Assembly: GCA_017436285.1 (NCBI GenBank)
Contig: JAFSDL010000013.1
Coordinates: 8,096-72,095, forward strand
DNA from: Clostridia bacterium
GTDB lineage: Bacteria; Bacillota; Clostridia; Oscillospirales; Acutalibacteraceae
Direction of reading: 5' to 3'
DNA length: 64,000 nt
Shown: positions 1 to 8,758 of the stretch, piece by piece
Numbering within the stretch: the stretch's first letter is position 1
How the letters are laid out: the number at the start of each line of letters is the position of its first letter
Notes under the pieces: model-generated
Seen by the model: only the letters and a program-made list of their open reading frames with translations
Database searches by the model: none
Told to the model about the DNA's origin: nothing
Program-made: the position numbers and the translations under genes

Positions 1-959
1 TTACAAAGGTTGGTGTTATTGCAAACAGTAATTTCCATTCTCTTATGGACCACGTTGGCAGTGGCAGACCCTGGGACCTTTCAAGAAAGGTTGACGGTCT
101 TTATATGCTCCCTCCCTTCACTCCCGGTGCAACAGAGAGTGGCGACAGAATTGATACACTCAACAGAATAATGGAATTTATTGCAACCTCAAAGCAGGAA
201 TATGTTCTGCTTATGGACTCCAATGTTGTTTGCAATATGGATTTATCCAAGCTCTTCAGCTTTCATTCAGGAAAAAATGCAGATATTACAATCGCTTATG
301 CAAACGGTAAAGCTCCCAAGCTTGAAAAAACCATGGCTCTTACTCTCGCTGAGGATGGCAAGGTAACAAATGTTGGTATTGATGTTAAAACAGAAAGCGA
401 TATCAATTATTCAACAAACATTATTCTTATAAGAAAAGCACTTCTTGAAAGGCTTATCGGCGATGCAGAAAGCTACGCCTATACAAGCTTTGAAAAGGAC
501 CTTATTCAGAAAAATATTTCTCACCTTAATATTTATGGCTACAAGGTAGATGAATGGTCAAAAACAATTGACAGTATGGAAACATATTTTGATGCAAATA
601 TGGCTCTTCTTGAAAAGGCCTGCAGAAAAAATCTTTTCCGTGCAGATGCACCTGTTTATACAAAGGTTCGTAATGATATGCCCGTTATTTACGGTATCAC
701 CTCAAAATGCGAAAACTCTCTTATTGCAGACGGTTGCCAGATTGAAGGTACAGTTAAAAACAGTATTATTTTCCGTGGTGTAAGAGTTGCGAAGGGTGCA
801 GTTGTTGAAAATTCAATTCTTATGCAGGATGCGTTTGTCGGCGAGGATGCAAGGCTTAACTGTGTAATTATGGATAAAAATACAGTTATCACTCCTAAGA
901 AAACTCTTAGCGGTGATAAGAGCTATCCCTTGTTTGTGGGCAAGGAAATCGTTATTTAA
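1..959 (+). CDS. glgD: Glucose-1-phosphate adenylyltransferase family protein, GlgD-type subunit (5' end outside window)
   Basis: Frame 3 is open from base 3 (TKVGVIANSNFHSLMDHVGSGRPWDL...), so the ATG at 45 is internal. The C-terminus has left-handed beta-helix repeats (IADGCQIEG, NSIIFRGVRV, NSILMQDAFV). It lies just upstream of glgA, as in Firmicutes glgC-glgD-glgA operons. Confidence 0.75.
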   Translation, partial: TKVGVIANSNFHSLMDHVGSGRPWDLSRKVDGLYMLPPFTPGATESGDRIDTLNRIMEFIATSKQEYVLLMDSNVVCNMDLSKLFSFHSGKNADITIAYANGKAPKLEKTMALTLAEDGKVTNVGIDVKTESDINYSTNIILIRKALLERLIGDAESYAYTSFEKDLIQKNISHLNIYGYKVDEWSKTIDSMETYFDANMALLEKACRKNLFRADAPVYTKVRNDMPVIYGITSKCENSLIADGCQIEGTVKNSIIFRGVRVAKGAVVENSILMQDAFVGEDARLNCVIMDKNTVITPKKTLSGDKSYPLFVGKEIVI

Positions 960-989
960 AATTTTTGCGGTTTTTAGTGAGGTGTTAGT

Positions 990-1532
990 ATGGCAGTTTG
1001 TCCCATTTGCGGTTGCAAGACCGATGAATTGGATTTTGTTGAAAGAAAAATAACCGATGCAGATTGCAGGGTTTGCTCTTTTTGCAATCGTCAATTAAAT
1101 GTGTTTGATGCTGCTCAGGAGCCCACTGAAGCACAGCTGAGGTGGCTTGATGCGGTTATCGGGAAGGATGTGCCTGAAAGAGATGAAGCAGTTCTGAATG
1201 CAGTTAAGGCAATTCGGAATCGTTTCCCTGAAAAAGAGGTTCAACAAGCGACCTTCTCTGCACCTCAGAAAACAACAGTTGTTCAGCAGGGGGCAAATGT
1301 GAAAAAAGCAAAGGCAGATTATGATGCAGATGCAGTAATCAATGAATTGCAGAACAGAGTTTCAGCCCTTGAAAATGAACTGCGCAATATGAAAAGAAAG
1401 CAGATGATTAAAACAATAATTGAGTTGGGTGCACCATTTGTACTTCTCATATTACTTATTATAGTTGTTTTATCTTCAGGCGTTATAGATAATTTTAAAG
1501 CGATTTTTGATATGGCAGGAATTGCACTTTAA
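990..1532 (+). CDS. Hypothetical zinc-ribbon / coiled-coil protein with C-terminal transmembrane anchor
   Basis: SD GAGGTG lies upstream of the ATG. The N-terminus has CPICGC...CRVCSFC (four-Cys ribbon), followed by a coiled-coil-like segment (VINELQNRVSALENELRNMKRK) and a hydrophobic helix (GAPFVLLILLIIVVLSSGV). Confidence 0.6.
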   Translation: MAVCPICGCKTDELDFVERKITDADCRVCSFCNRQLNVFDAAQEPTEAQLRWLDAVIGKDVPERDEAVLNAVKAIRNRFPEKEVQQATFSAPQKTTVVQQGANVKKAKADYDADAVINELQNRVSALENELRNMKRKQMIKTIIELGAPFVLLILLIIVVLSSGVIDNFKAIFDMAGIAL

Positions 1533-1592
1533 AATAGGTAGTTTACGAACCAAATATGGTTTAATACATTCACTCTAACGGAGGTTTAATAT

Positions 1593-3017
1593 ATGAAGGT
1601 TTTATATGCTGCAAGTGAAGCTCTTCCTTTTATTGCAAGTGGCGGCTTGGCAGATGTTGCAGGCTCTCTTCCTCAGGCATTGAGAAAAAGGCTTATCGGT
1701 TGCAGAGTTGTTATGCCTCTTTATGACGGCATTAAGCAAGAGCTTAAGGATTCAATGAAATTCATAACAAATATTTCCGTGCCTGTTGCATGGCGCAGAC
1801 AGTATTGCGGAATTTTTGAAGCAAGAGCAGGGGGAGTAATTTACTATCTCCTTGATAATCAGTATTATTTTAAGAGAGATTCTCTCTACGGCTTCTATGA
1901 TGATGCGGAAAGATTTGCTTTCTTTGCGAGAGCAATTCTTGAAATCATTCCTCATATTGATTTTAAGCCCGATATCATTCATTGTAATGACTGGCAGACT
2001 GCTCTTACTCCCCTTTATTACAGCACAATGTACGCAAATCAACCCGGCTATGAGAATATCAAAACGGTTCTTACCATTCATAACATTCAGTATCAGGGTG
2101 TTTACGGAGAAGAGCTTATTGATAATGTTGTTGGCATAGACCACGCCCATAAGAGCCTTATTGAATATGATGGCGCAGTAAATCTTATGAAGGCGGGTAT
2201 TGAGTGTGCCAATGCGGTTACAACCGTCAGCCCCTCTTACGCAAAGGAAATTCTTGACCCTTGGTATTCTCACGGACTTGATACAATTCTTCGTGAAAGA
2301 AGCTATAAGCTTCGCGGTATTCTCAATGGTATTGATGTTGAAAACTATAACCCTGAAACAGATAAGGATGTTTTCAAAAACTATTCCGTTGATAATATGC
2401 GCGGAAAAGCAGTAAATAAAAGAGAACTCCAGAAGCTTTTAGGGCTTCCGGAGAAAAAAGATACTCCCGTTATGGGTATGGTAACAAGGCTTGTTTCTCA
2501 CAAAGGTCTTGACCTTTGTAAAGAGGTTCTTGATGAATTGCTTGCCTCAACAGATATTCAGCTTGTTGTTCTCGGTTCAGGCGATTATCAGTATGAAGAG
2601 TTCTTCAGAGGACTTGCACAGCGTTATCCTGATAAGGTTGGCCTTTGCCTTGGCTTTATTCCCGATTTGGCAAGAAAAATCTATGCAGGCAGCGATATGT
2701 TTCTTATGCCCTCCAAGAGTGAGCCCTGCGGACTTTCTCAGATGGTTGCCCTTCGTTACGGTTCAATTCCCATTGTTCGTGAAACAGGCGGTCTTCGCGA
2801 TTCTGTTACAGACAGTGGCGATAATATGGGTAACGGATTTGTATTCTCTTCTTATAATGCTCACGATATGCTTCACTCTATCAGACGTGCAGTTGAGGGC
2901 TACCAGGATAAGAAGGGTTGGGCAATTCTTGTTAAACGCGCTATGGAAAGCGATAATTCCTGGGGCAAATCCGCTAATGAATACATTAAAATGTATAAAG
3001 AAGTTCTGAAGGGCTAA
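1593..3017 (+). CDS. glgA: Glycogen synthase (ADP-glucose type)
   Basis: SD GGAGG precedes the ATG. The N-terminus is MKVLYAASEALPFIASGGLADVAGSLP (the KxGGL-like motif of bacterial GlgA). It has a GT5 fold, C-terminal motifs (SDMFLMPSKSEPCGLSQM) and is 474 aa long. Confidence 0.95.
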   Translation: MKVLYAASEALPFIASGGLADVAGSLPQALRKRLIGCRVVMPLYDGIKQELKDSMKFITNISVPVAWRRQYCGIFEARAGGVIYYLLDNQYYFKRDSLYGFYDDAERFAFFARAILEIIPHIDFKPDIIHCNDWQTALTPLYYSTMYANQPGYENIKTVLTIHNIQYQGVYGEELIDNVVGIDHAHKSLIEYDGAVNLMKAGIECANAVTTVSPSYAKEILDPWYSHGLDTILRERSYKLRGILNGIDVENYNPETDKDVFKNYSVDNMRGKAVNKRELQKLLGLPEKKDTPVMGMVTRLVSHKGLDLCKEVLDELLASTDIQLVVLGSGDYQYEEFFRGLAQRYPDKVGLCLGFIPDLARKIYAGSDMFLMPSKSEPCGLSQMVALRYGSIPIVRETGGLRDSVTDSGDNMGNGFVFSSYNAHDMLHSIRRAVEGYQDKKGWAILVKRAMESDNSWGKSANEYIKMYKEVLKG

Positions 3018-3622
3018 TTATCAAGCTTTATTGAGTTAGCCATTTTGCTTAAAAGACCTTCAACTCCTTTTATGACGGCCTCGATACTCTTGGGTTCGGG
3101 GCCGCCGTAGCGTCTTGCATTGACGGTCTTTTCAGGAAAATCATCCAGATACGATTCCATAAGTGCGAGGCTGAGAGCTTGTGCATATTTAGGCGGAAGA
3201 GAAAACCATCGCTTTGGAATGTAACCCTTCTGAGCAGCGGCATGAAGAGTTCTGTAAATTGTTGTAGCATAAAGAATGTCTGCGGAGGTGCCACCTTGAG
3301 AAGAGCCTGCATTCATTCGCTCGTGGCTCATAATTGCGGCACGGTAAATGGAGTTTGTGTTGAAAACGGAGTCCTCTTCTCTGTCTTCAAGCTCAGAAGA
3401 ATCAAGTCCATATCGGCTATCGGTTATGCCTAAAATGTAATCGGTGGTAACATTATAATATTCTGAGGCTTTGCATAAAAAGGATAAGCTGTATTCACGG
3501 ATTCCTTTTTCATAATGTGATAGAAGTGCCTGAGAAACACCTAAATCTGAGGCTGCATCCTTTTGGCTCAAGCCTTTTTCTGTTCGCAATTCAACTAATC
3601 TTTTATTGAAAATTGTGTTCAT
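3014..3622 (-). CDS. XRE-family helix-turn-helix transcriptional regulator
   Basis: The N-terminal HTH is LRTEKGLSQKDAASDLGVSQALLSHYEKG. SD GAGGGG lies upstream. Its TAG stop (3014-3016) overlaps the glgA TAA stop (3015-3017). Confidence 0.85.
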   Translation of the reverse strand: MNTIFNKRLVELRTEKGLSQKDAASDLGVSQALLSHYEKGIREYSLSFLCKASEYYNVTTDYILGITDSRYGLDSSELEDREEDSVFNTNSIYRAAIMSHERMNAGSSQGGTSADILYATTIYRTLHAAAQKGYIPKRWFSLPPKYAQALSLALMESYLDDFPEKTVNARRYGGPEPKSIEAVIKGVEGLLSKMANSIKLDN

Positions 3623-3693
3623 ACATAACCCCTCTAAAAAACAAAAATTATACTATTTGTATAACAATATACACTATCTTACAGGAGAAATCA

Positions 3694-4416
3694 ATGAAAA
3701 CTTATACAATTCATTTAATAAGACACGCTCTTACTCAAGGAAATATTGAGGGCAGATACATAGGTCAGACTGATGAAGAGCTTTGCAAGGAAGGCTTAAA
3801 TCAGCTTGAGGTGATGAAAAGAGATTACAACTATCCTCTTGCGGATGTTGTTTTTACAAGTGGCTTGAAGCGTTGTGTTCAGACCGCAAAAATCCTTTTT
3901 CCCGATAAAACACCTATTGAGATGAGAGGCTTTGAAGAGTGTGATTTCGGTGAGTTTGAAGGCCATACTGCCGATGAATTAGAGCGTTATGAGGAGTTTT
4001 CACAGTGGCTTTCAGGTGGCGAGGATGCAAGACCACTTAATGGAGAAAGCAACTCCGAATTTGCAACAAGAGTTTGCGATTGCTTTGCGAAAACTGTGGA
4101 TGGTATGATAAAAACAGGAACAAGAACTGCGGCTATTGTTACACACGGCGGTGTAATGATGAGCATTCTTGCGGCTTTTGGTGTGCCCGAATTACCTATG
4201 ACAGAATGGCTTTGTCCCTCTTGTTGTGGTTATACAATCCGTATAACCCCATCTCTCTGGAGTGCAACAAAAAAATTTGAGGTTATAAGCGAAATTCCCG
4301 CAGAGCCCCTGACTGCAGAGCAGGAAGAGCAATTATGGGATTATTATGCGGATATTCCCGAGGATGAAGATATTGATTGGGACAGTATGTCCGATGATGA
4401 TTTTAAATTAGTTTGA
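3694..4416 (+). CDS. Histidine phosphatase family protein (phosphoglycerate-mutase-like)
   Basis: It has the RHG-type motif LIRHALTQGN near the N-terminus and a later THGGVM motif. I chose the ATG at 3694 (SD AGGAG at 3683-3687) rather than the 3613 start in the ORF track. Confidence 0.85.
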   Translation: MKTYTIHLIRHALTQGNIEGRYIGQTDEELCKEGLNQLEVMKRDYNYPLADVVFTSGLKRCVQTAKILFPDKTPIEMRGFEECDFGEFEGHTADELERYEEFSQWLSGGEDARPLNGESNSEFATRVCDCFAKTVDGMIKTGTRTAAIVTHGGVMMSILAAFGVPELPMTEWLCPSCCGYTIRITPSLWSATKKFEVISEIPAEPLTAEQEEQLWDYYADIPEDEDIDWDSMSDDDFKLV

Positions 4417-4426
4417 GGTGACTTTA

Positions 4427-5272
4427 ATGTCAGACTATAAAATTTTTGCAAACCATGCTCATCTTTTCCCGGATAATACAAAGCCAAATGGGGATTTGAA
4501 TACGCTGAAATCCATTATGGATGAATGTGAAATCGAAGGTGCAGTTTGTTTTTCACCCTTCTGGCATCAGATGGATATGTATGCTCATACAACGGGGCAG
4601 AATCCCTGCGAATGGACTGCTAACGCCCTCAAAAATGAACCGAATCTTGTAGGCTTTGGCACTGTTGATTTTGACCGAAAGGACCTTAAGGACCAGGTTA
4701 AAAAAATCAAGGCTTTAGGACTTTACGGAATAAAAATTCATCCTGCCGCACAAGAGGTCAATGTTGCAGGTAAGGAGCTTTTTGAGGTGTATGAGGAAGC
4801 GGAAAAGCAAGGACTTTTCTTGTCCTTCCACACAGGTCTTCATTGGCACAGAATTGCCGATTATCAGATGCTTTTATTTGACGAGGTGGCATATAATTTC
4901 CCAAAGCTCCGTTTCAGCATGGAGCATATGGGTGGTTATAGCTTTTTCAGGGAAGCTCTCCTTGTGATGAACAATAATTCCAGAGGCGAAATTGACCACG
5001 TTTTTGCAGGATGGACAAGCATTGCTATGGAAAAGGACGAGCCTGGCAATACCCGCAGAGGTGCGTGGTCTTTAACAGATGAAGAGCTTTGTGATTTGAT
5101 TTATCAGACAGGTCCCAAGCGTAGCATTTTCGGTCTTGATACCCCATATAAAGATGCAAAAATGATAAAAGAATCAATTGAAAGAATAAAAAACCTCCCC
5201 ATTAGTGAGGAGGCAAAACGCGGAATTTTAGGAGATAATCTGAAAGACATTTTATTTGGTAAAGATTCGTAA
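4427..5272 (+). CDS. Amidohydrolase-2 family metal-dependent TIM-barrel hydrolase
   Basis: It has the N-terminal HAH metal motif (FANHAHLFPD), an internal GIKIHP, and FHTG / MEHMGG motifs. SD GAGGTG at 4415-4420 is 6 nt before the ATG at 4427; the GTG at 4418 is an alternative start. Confidence 0.8.
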   Translation: MSDYKIFANHAHLFPDNTKPNGDLNTLKSIMDECEIEGAVCFSPFWHQMDMYAHTTGQNPCEWTANALKNEPNLVGFGTVDFDRKDLKDQVKKIKALGLYGIKIHPAAQEVNVAGKELFEVYEEAEKQGLFLSFHTGLHWHRIADYQMLLFDEVAYNFPKLRFSMEHMGGYSFFREALLVMNNNSRGEIDHVFAGWTSIAMEKDEPGNTRRGAWSLTDEELCDLIYQTGPKRSIFGLDTPYKDAKMIKESIERIKNLPISEEAKRGILGDNLKDILFGKDS

Positions 5273-5284
5273 TTATATAACATA

Positions 5285-5335
5285 GCACAAAGTCGGAAAG
5301 CCATAAAATGCTTTCCGACTTTGTGCTTGAATTTG
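5285..5335 (+). terminator. Rho-independent terminator after the amidohydrolase gene
   Basis: A perfect 17-bp inverted repeat, GCACAAAGTCGGAAAGC (5285-5301) and GCTTTCCGACTTTGTGC (5310-5326), is followed by a T-rich tail (TTGAATTTG). Confidence 0.7.
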
Positions 5336-5445
5336 CATCGCAGCAACTTTGTTGGTTGTTTTAGTATATCACATCTACAAATTTTGTGTTGAAAAAAACA
5401 CGAAATTGTGTTTTTCGGCTTTGCCCGAAACTGAAATTAATATTA

Positions 5446-5643
5446 GCGATATATAAGCAAGCTTGTGCGATATATTTTGTTTTCACAAAATGCGATATAA
5501 TCGACATATTGCCGATTGCGATATATTTGCTTTGCAAATGCGATATGATATAAATCCTTGTTTCGCGTGCCGTCAGGCACATATCGCACCAAAGGTATAT
5601 CGCATCGTCAGATATATCGAAAATCCGCCAGGATTTATATCGC
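5446..5643. repeat. Non-coding array of GCGATATA motifs: five direct copies, then four inverted copies
   Basis: Direct copies of GCGATAT(A/G) start at 5446, 5467, 5492, 5518 and 5540. Inverted copies (TATATCGC, ATATCGC or ATATATCG) lie at 5581-5587, 5596-5603, 5612-5619 and 5636-5643. A 12-nt perfect inverted pair, GATATAAATCCT (5546-5557) and AGGATTTATATC (5631-5642), flanks a GTGCC-GTCA-GGCAC hairpin (5567-5580). Confidence 0.6.
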
Positions 5644-5671
5644 TGTGGCTTCGCCACACATCCGCCGTTTT

Positions 5672-6610
5672 TTAATAAATCATATCAGCAGTTGTCCAGC
5701 TTTTGAGAACTTCAAGCTGGTCGGCGGCTTCTTTTTTTGCGCCTTCCAAATCGTGGTCACGGTAGTTTCCGCATTCAATTGCGCTTACACCGGGCACATC
5801 ACCCTCAAAGCCTGCAATAAATTCGAGAGCATCCTGAGTAAGCTTAAGTGCATCTGCGTGAGTTATTCCTGTTGTAAGGAAATAAAAGCCTGTTCTGCAG
5901 CCCATAGGTCCGAAGTAAATGATATTGTTTTTTTGTTTGGTGTTTCTTACATATGTAGCAAAAAGATGCTCAAAGGTGTGAATAGCACCGTTTTCCATAA
6001 CATCCTCTATGTTAGGTCGGCGTGTTCTGATATCGTAGGTAATAACATCACCGTCAATTCTTGATATATACATACCACGCAAGAGCTTGGTATGGTCTAC
6101 ATTAAAGCTGTCAATTCGTTCCATTTTATTTTTCTCCTCAGATTTTTTTGTGATTTTGTTCTCTTTTTCTCTTAAGCTTTTAAAAAAGTCTTTTAAAACT
6201 GCAGAGCATTCCGGTTCCATAAATCCGCCTGTATAAGCGGGTCTGAAGCTGAAATTTGACTCAAAAAGATTAACAACCGAGCTACAGGCACCATTTTTCT
6301 TGTCGTAGGCACCAAACACAACATTTTTGATTCGGGCGTTTATAATGGCACCTGCACACATAGGGCAGGGCTCGAGGGTAACATATAAATCGCATTCCCA
6401 GAGTCGCCAACCACCCAAACGGTTACAGGCTTCATTTATTGCTTCAATTTCTGCGTGGCAAAGAGCGTTTTTGCCTTTTTCTCGGCGGTTTCGTCCTCTG
6501 CCGATTATTTTATCACCAATTGTAACCACCGCACCAACGGGAACCTCGCCCTCTTGGGCGGCTTCTTTTGCAAGGCGTAAAGCCTCATTCATAAATTCTG
6601 TATTATTCAT
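5672..6610 (-). CDS. Single ORF encoding tRNA adenosine(34) deaminase (TadA, aa 1-~150) joined in frame to S-ribosylhomocysteine lyase (LuxS, aa 163-312)
   Basis: TadA motifs are CHAEIEAI and PCPMCAGA. LuxS motifs are HTFEH and GPMGCRTG, and the LuxS-like N-terminus MERIDSFNVDHTKL starts at the internal ATG (6122-6124). That ATG is preceded by GAGGAG inside the linker codons (KKSEEKNK). No stop codon separates the two parts. Confidence 0.85.
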   Translation of the reverse strand: MNNTEFMNEALRLAKEAAQEGEVPVGAVVTIGDKIIGRGRNRREKGKNALCHAEIEAINEACNRLGGWRLWECDLYVTLEPCPMCAGAIINARIKNVVFGAYDKKNGACSSVVNLFESNFSFRPAYTGGFMEPECSAVLKDFFKSLREKENKITKKSEEKNKMERIDSFNVDHTKLLRGMYISRIDGDVITYDIRTRRPNIEDVMENGAIHTFEHLFATYVRNTKQKNNIIYFGPMGCRTGFYFLTTGITHADALKLTQDALEFIAGFEGDVPGVSAIECGNYRDHDLEGAKKEAADQLEVLKSWTTADMIY

Positions 6611-6611
6611 A

Positions 6612-7784
6612 TCAATAAGTGGGAGGGGTTGTGGTTAATTGGGAAAGTGCTTGTATGATATAAAGAATAATTGCAATTATCATAACGGGTGAGGAGTTGA
6701 ATTTAAGGAATTTTTCACCCAATGTAGCTTCCTTGAAGCAACAATCATCTTTTAGTGTTTTATCGTTCTTGTATCGGTTTAAGTATATAATAACAGCAAC
6801 AATACCCAATGCGATTCCAATGGCTGAGCCAACATAGAAAAAGGTGTTTGAAGTGTATTCATCAAAATAGTATATCAAAGCAGAAGAAACGCCTGACATA
6901 GCGTTCATAAGAGCGTGAATAATAACACCTGTCCACAGGCTTTCAGTAGCCATAACAGCGTAGCCGATAATGAGGCCACAAAGAAAAGCAAATGGTATTT
7001 GAACAGCGTTCCCGTGGAATACGCCAAAAACAAAGGCAGAGGTTATAATCGCAAAGAGGTTACCATATTTTCTCATGCTTTGCATAAGAATGCCTCTCAG
7101 GGCAAATTCCTCTATTAATGGTGGTATCAAAGCTGAGCTTATGAAAATCATTATCACATCAAATGTGTTGGATGGATATTGAAGAGCGGAATAAGTGGAA
7201 TATATGCCAAATCCCTCAGCGAAAGCTACTAAAAAACTAGTGATGAAGTTAGCAAGAAGACAGCCGCCAAAGCCAATTAAAATCAATAAAAGAGTTTTGA
7301 TCTTGTCTTTAGGCACAGCATAAGGAACAGTGCTTGAAAAACCATTTTTCTTCATAAGTCTCGAGCCAATTAAAAATGCACCCCCAACTGTGATTACAGA
7401 GTAAAATATTCCAAAAGCGGATGCGAATGTGAGATTTGTTTGGTAAAGCTCAGAAAAAGCAGGCATCAGAAGCAAATATGAAAGAGTAAAAGAAAATGCC
7501 AGCACAATTAAAAGTATAATACCGGTGTTTGTGCCAAGGGATTTGATTTTCTTTTCGTGGTGCCTGCGTTGAAGCATTTTTTGCCTTTGTTCCTCGAGAT
7601 ATTGAGGGTTAAAAAAGTTTTGTGGTGCACCATAGTGATAATTAGGAATTCCTTGGGGTGCAGTTGCATTATATATATCAGCAGGTGAAGGTGACTGATT
7701 CTGTTGAAAATTGGCGTTCTCTTGAGGCTTAACCCCATAAGGCTCACTTTGGTTGTTTGGTGTGTTATCGGGAATATAGTCCAT
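6612..7784 (-). CDS. CPBP family intramembrane glutamic endopeptidase (CAAX protease/Abi family) with Q/N/P-rich N-terminal region
   Basis: It has EEFALRG and FGVFH...HALMN motifs in a multi-TM protein. The ATG at 7784 (MDYIPDN) has AAAGGA upstream, so I prefer it over the GTG at 7799. Its stop codon is 1 nt from the tadA start. Confidence 0.85.
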   Translation of the reverse strand: MDYIPDNTPNNQSEPYGVKPQENANFQQNQSPSPADIYNATAPQGIPNYHYGAPQNFFNPQYLEEQRQKMLQRRHHEKKIKSLGTNTGIILLIVLAFSFTLSYLLLMPAFSELYQTNLTFASAFGIFYSVITVGGAFLIGSRLMKKNGFSSTVPYAVPKDKIKTLLLILIGFGGCLLANFITSFLVAFAEGFGIYSTYSALQYPSNTFDVIMIFISSALIPPLIEEFALRGILMQSMRKYGNLFAIITSAFVFGVFHGNAVQIPFAFLCGLIIGYAVMATESLWTGVIIHALMNAMSGVSSALIYYFDEYTSNTFFYVGSAIGIALGIVAVIIYLNRYKNDKTLKDDCCFKEATLGEKFLKFNSSPVMIIAIILYIIQALSQLTTTPPTY

Positions 7785-7961
7785 AGCTTTTCCTTTCACA
7801 TAATTCTGTATTGTAATAAATTATACCAACTATTTGTATAAATATCAACTGATAAATTGTGTACGAGTGATGAATTTTTACAATATGTAGTGTTGCGAAA
7901 AAATTCAAAACAATGTATAATTTTATGTAACATATTTTCACAGAATTTAAGGATGATAAAA

Positions 7962-8312
7962 ATGAACAAAACAACCCATAAGCTCAGAATCGCAGGAGAG
8001 GAATACAGAATCGTTTCTGATGAAGCTCCTGAATATATGAGCGAATTGGCTCACGAAATAGATTTGAAGATGGCAGATATTCTACGTGGTGCCCGTGTTT
8101 CCACAACTCAGGCGGCAGTGCTTGTTGCTTTGCAGTATGCAGACGAAGCAAAGAAAAATGGTGGCACAACAGATAATCTTCGCTTACAGCTTAAGGAATA
8201 TCTTGAGGATGCGGCAAAGGCAAAAAGTGAACGTGATTTCTATAAACGCGAGCTTGACAGAATTAAGGCTATAAGCACAGTAGAAGATAAAACAGGCGGA
8301 CTTTGGAGATAA
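7962..8312 (+). CDS. zapA: Cell division protein ZapA
   Basis: KLRIAGEEYRIVSDE...QAAVLVALQYADE is followed by a C-terminal coiled coil. AAGGA lies 8 nt upstream of the ATG at 7962, so the N-terminal extension in the ORF track is rejected. Confidence 0.85.
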   Translation: MNKTTHKLRIAGEEYRIVSDEAPEYMSELAHEIDLKMADILRGARVSTTQAAVLVALQYADEAKKNGGTTDNLRLQLKEYLEDAAKAKSERDFYKRELDRIKAISTVEDKTGGLWR

Positions 8313-8314
8313 TT

Positions 8315-8758
8315 ATGGAAGTATTGAAGGTAAAAAAAGTCAGAGAAAACGCAAAACTGCCTACAAGAGCTACTGAAGGTAGCGCAGGGCTTGATTTGTA
8401 TGCGTGTATTGATGAGCCTATAACTTTAAATAAAGGTGATAAAGCTTTAATCCCTACGGGAATTGCGATTGGTCTTGATGACCCTCATTATGCAGCATTT
8501 ATTCATTCAAGAAGCGGTCTTGCAATTAAGCACGGATTGGCACTTCTCAATTCCGTAGGTGTTGTGGATAGTGACTATCGTGGTGAGGTTTGTGTTGGTA
8601 TAGTTAAGCTTACAGAGGAGCCATATACAATTCAACCCTTTGAGAGAATTGCTCAGATGGTTATAAAGCCTGTTGAATTGCCGGAAATTGTTGAGGTTGA
8701 AGAGCTTGATGAAACAGACCGTGGCGCAGGCGGATTTGGTTCAACGGGGAAAAAATAA
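8315..8758 (+). CDS. dut: dUTP diphosphatase
   Basis: dUTPase motifs are present: AGLDLYA, IHSRSGLA, GVVDSDYRGE and GGFGSTG. GGAG at 8305-8308 precedes the ATG at 8315. Confidence 0.9.
   Translation: MEVLKVKKVRENAKLPTRATEGSAGLDLYACIDEPITLNKGDKALIPTGIAIGLDDPHYAAFIHSRSGLAIKHGLALLNSVGVVDSDYRGEVCVGIVKLTEEPYTIQPFERIAQMVIKPVELPEIVEVEELDETDRGAGGFGSTGKK

Noticed and set aside
3014-3017. Overlapping convergent stop codons of glgA and the XRE regulator, with no terminator between them.
   Set aside because: The overlap is real in the sequence and could cause transcriptional interference. Convergent overlaps of a few bases are common, so I do not count it as a finding.
5446-5643. Possible CRISPR array.
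   Set aside because: The repeat unit is only 8-9 nt. Spacers are 13-18 nt and partly related to each other. Half the copies are inverted. No cas genes are present in the window.
5361-5675. ORFs of 98 aa (minus strand) and 70 aa (plus strand) spanning the GCGATATA motif array.
   Set aside because: Neither has a ribosome-binding site. Their sequences are periodic translations of the DNA repeat (KYIA.., CDIF.., MRY..). I treat the region as non-coding.
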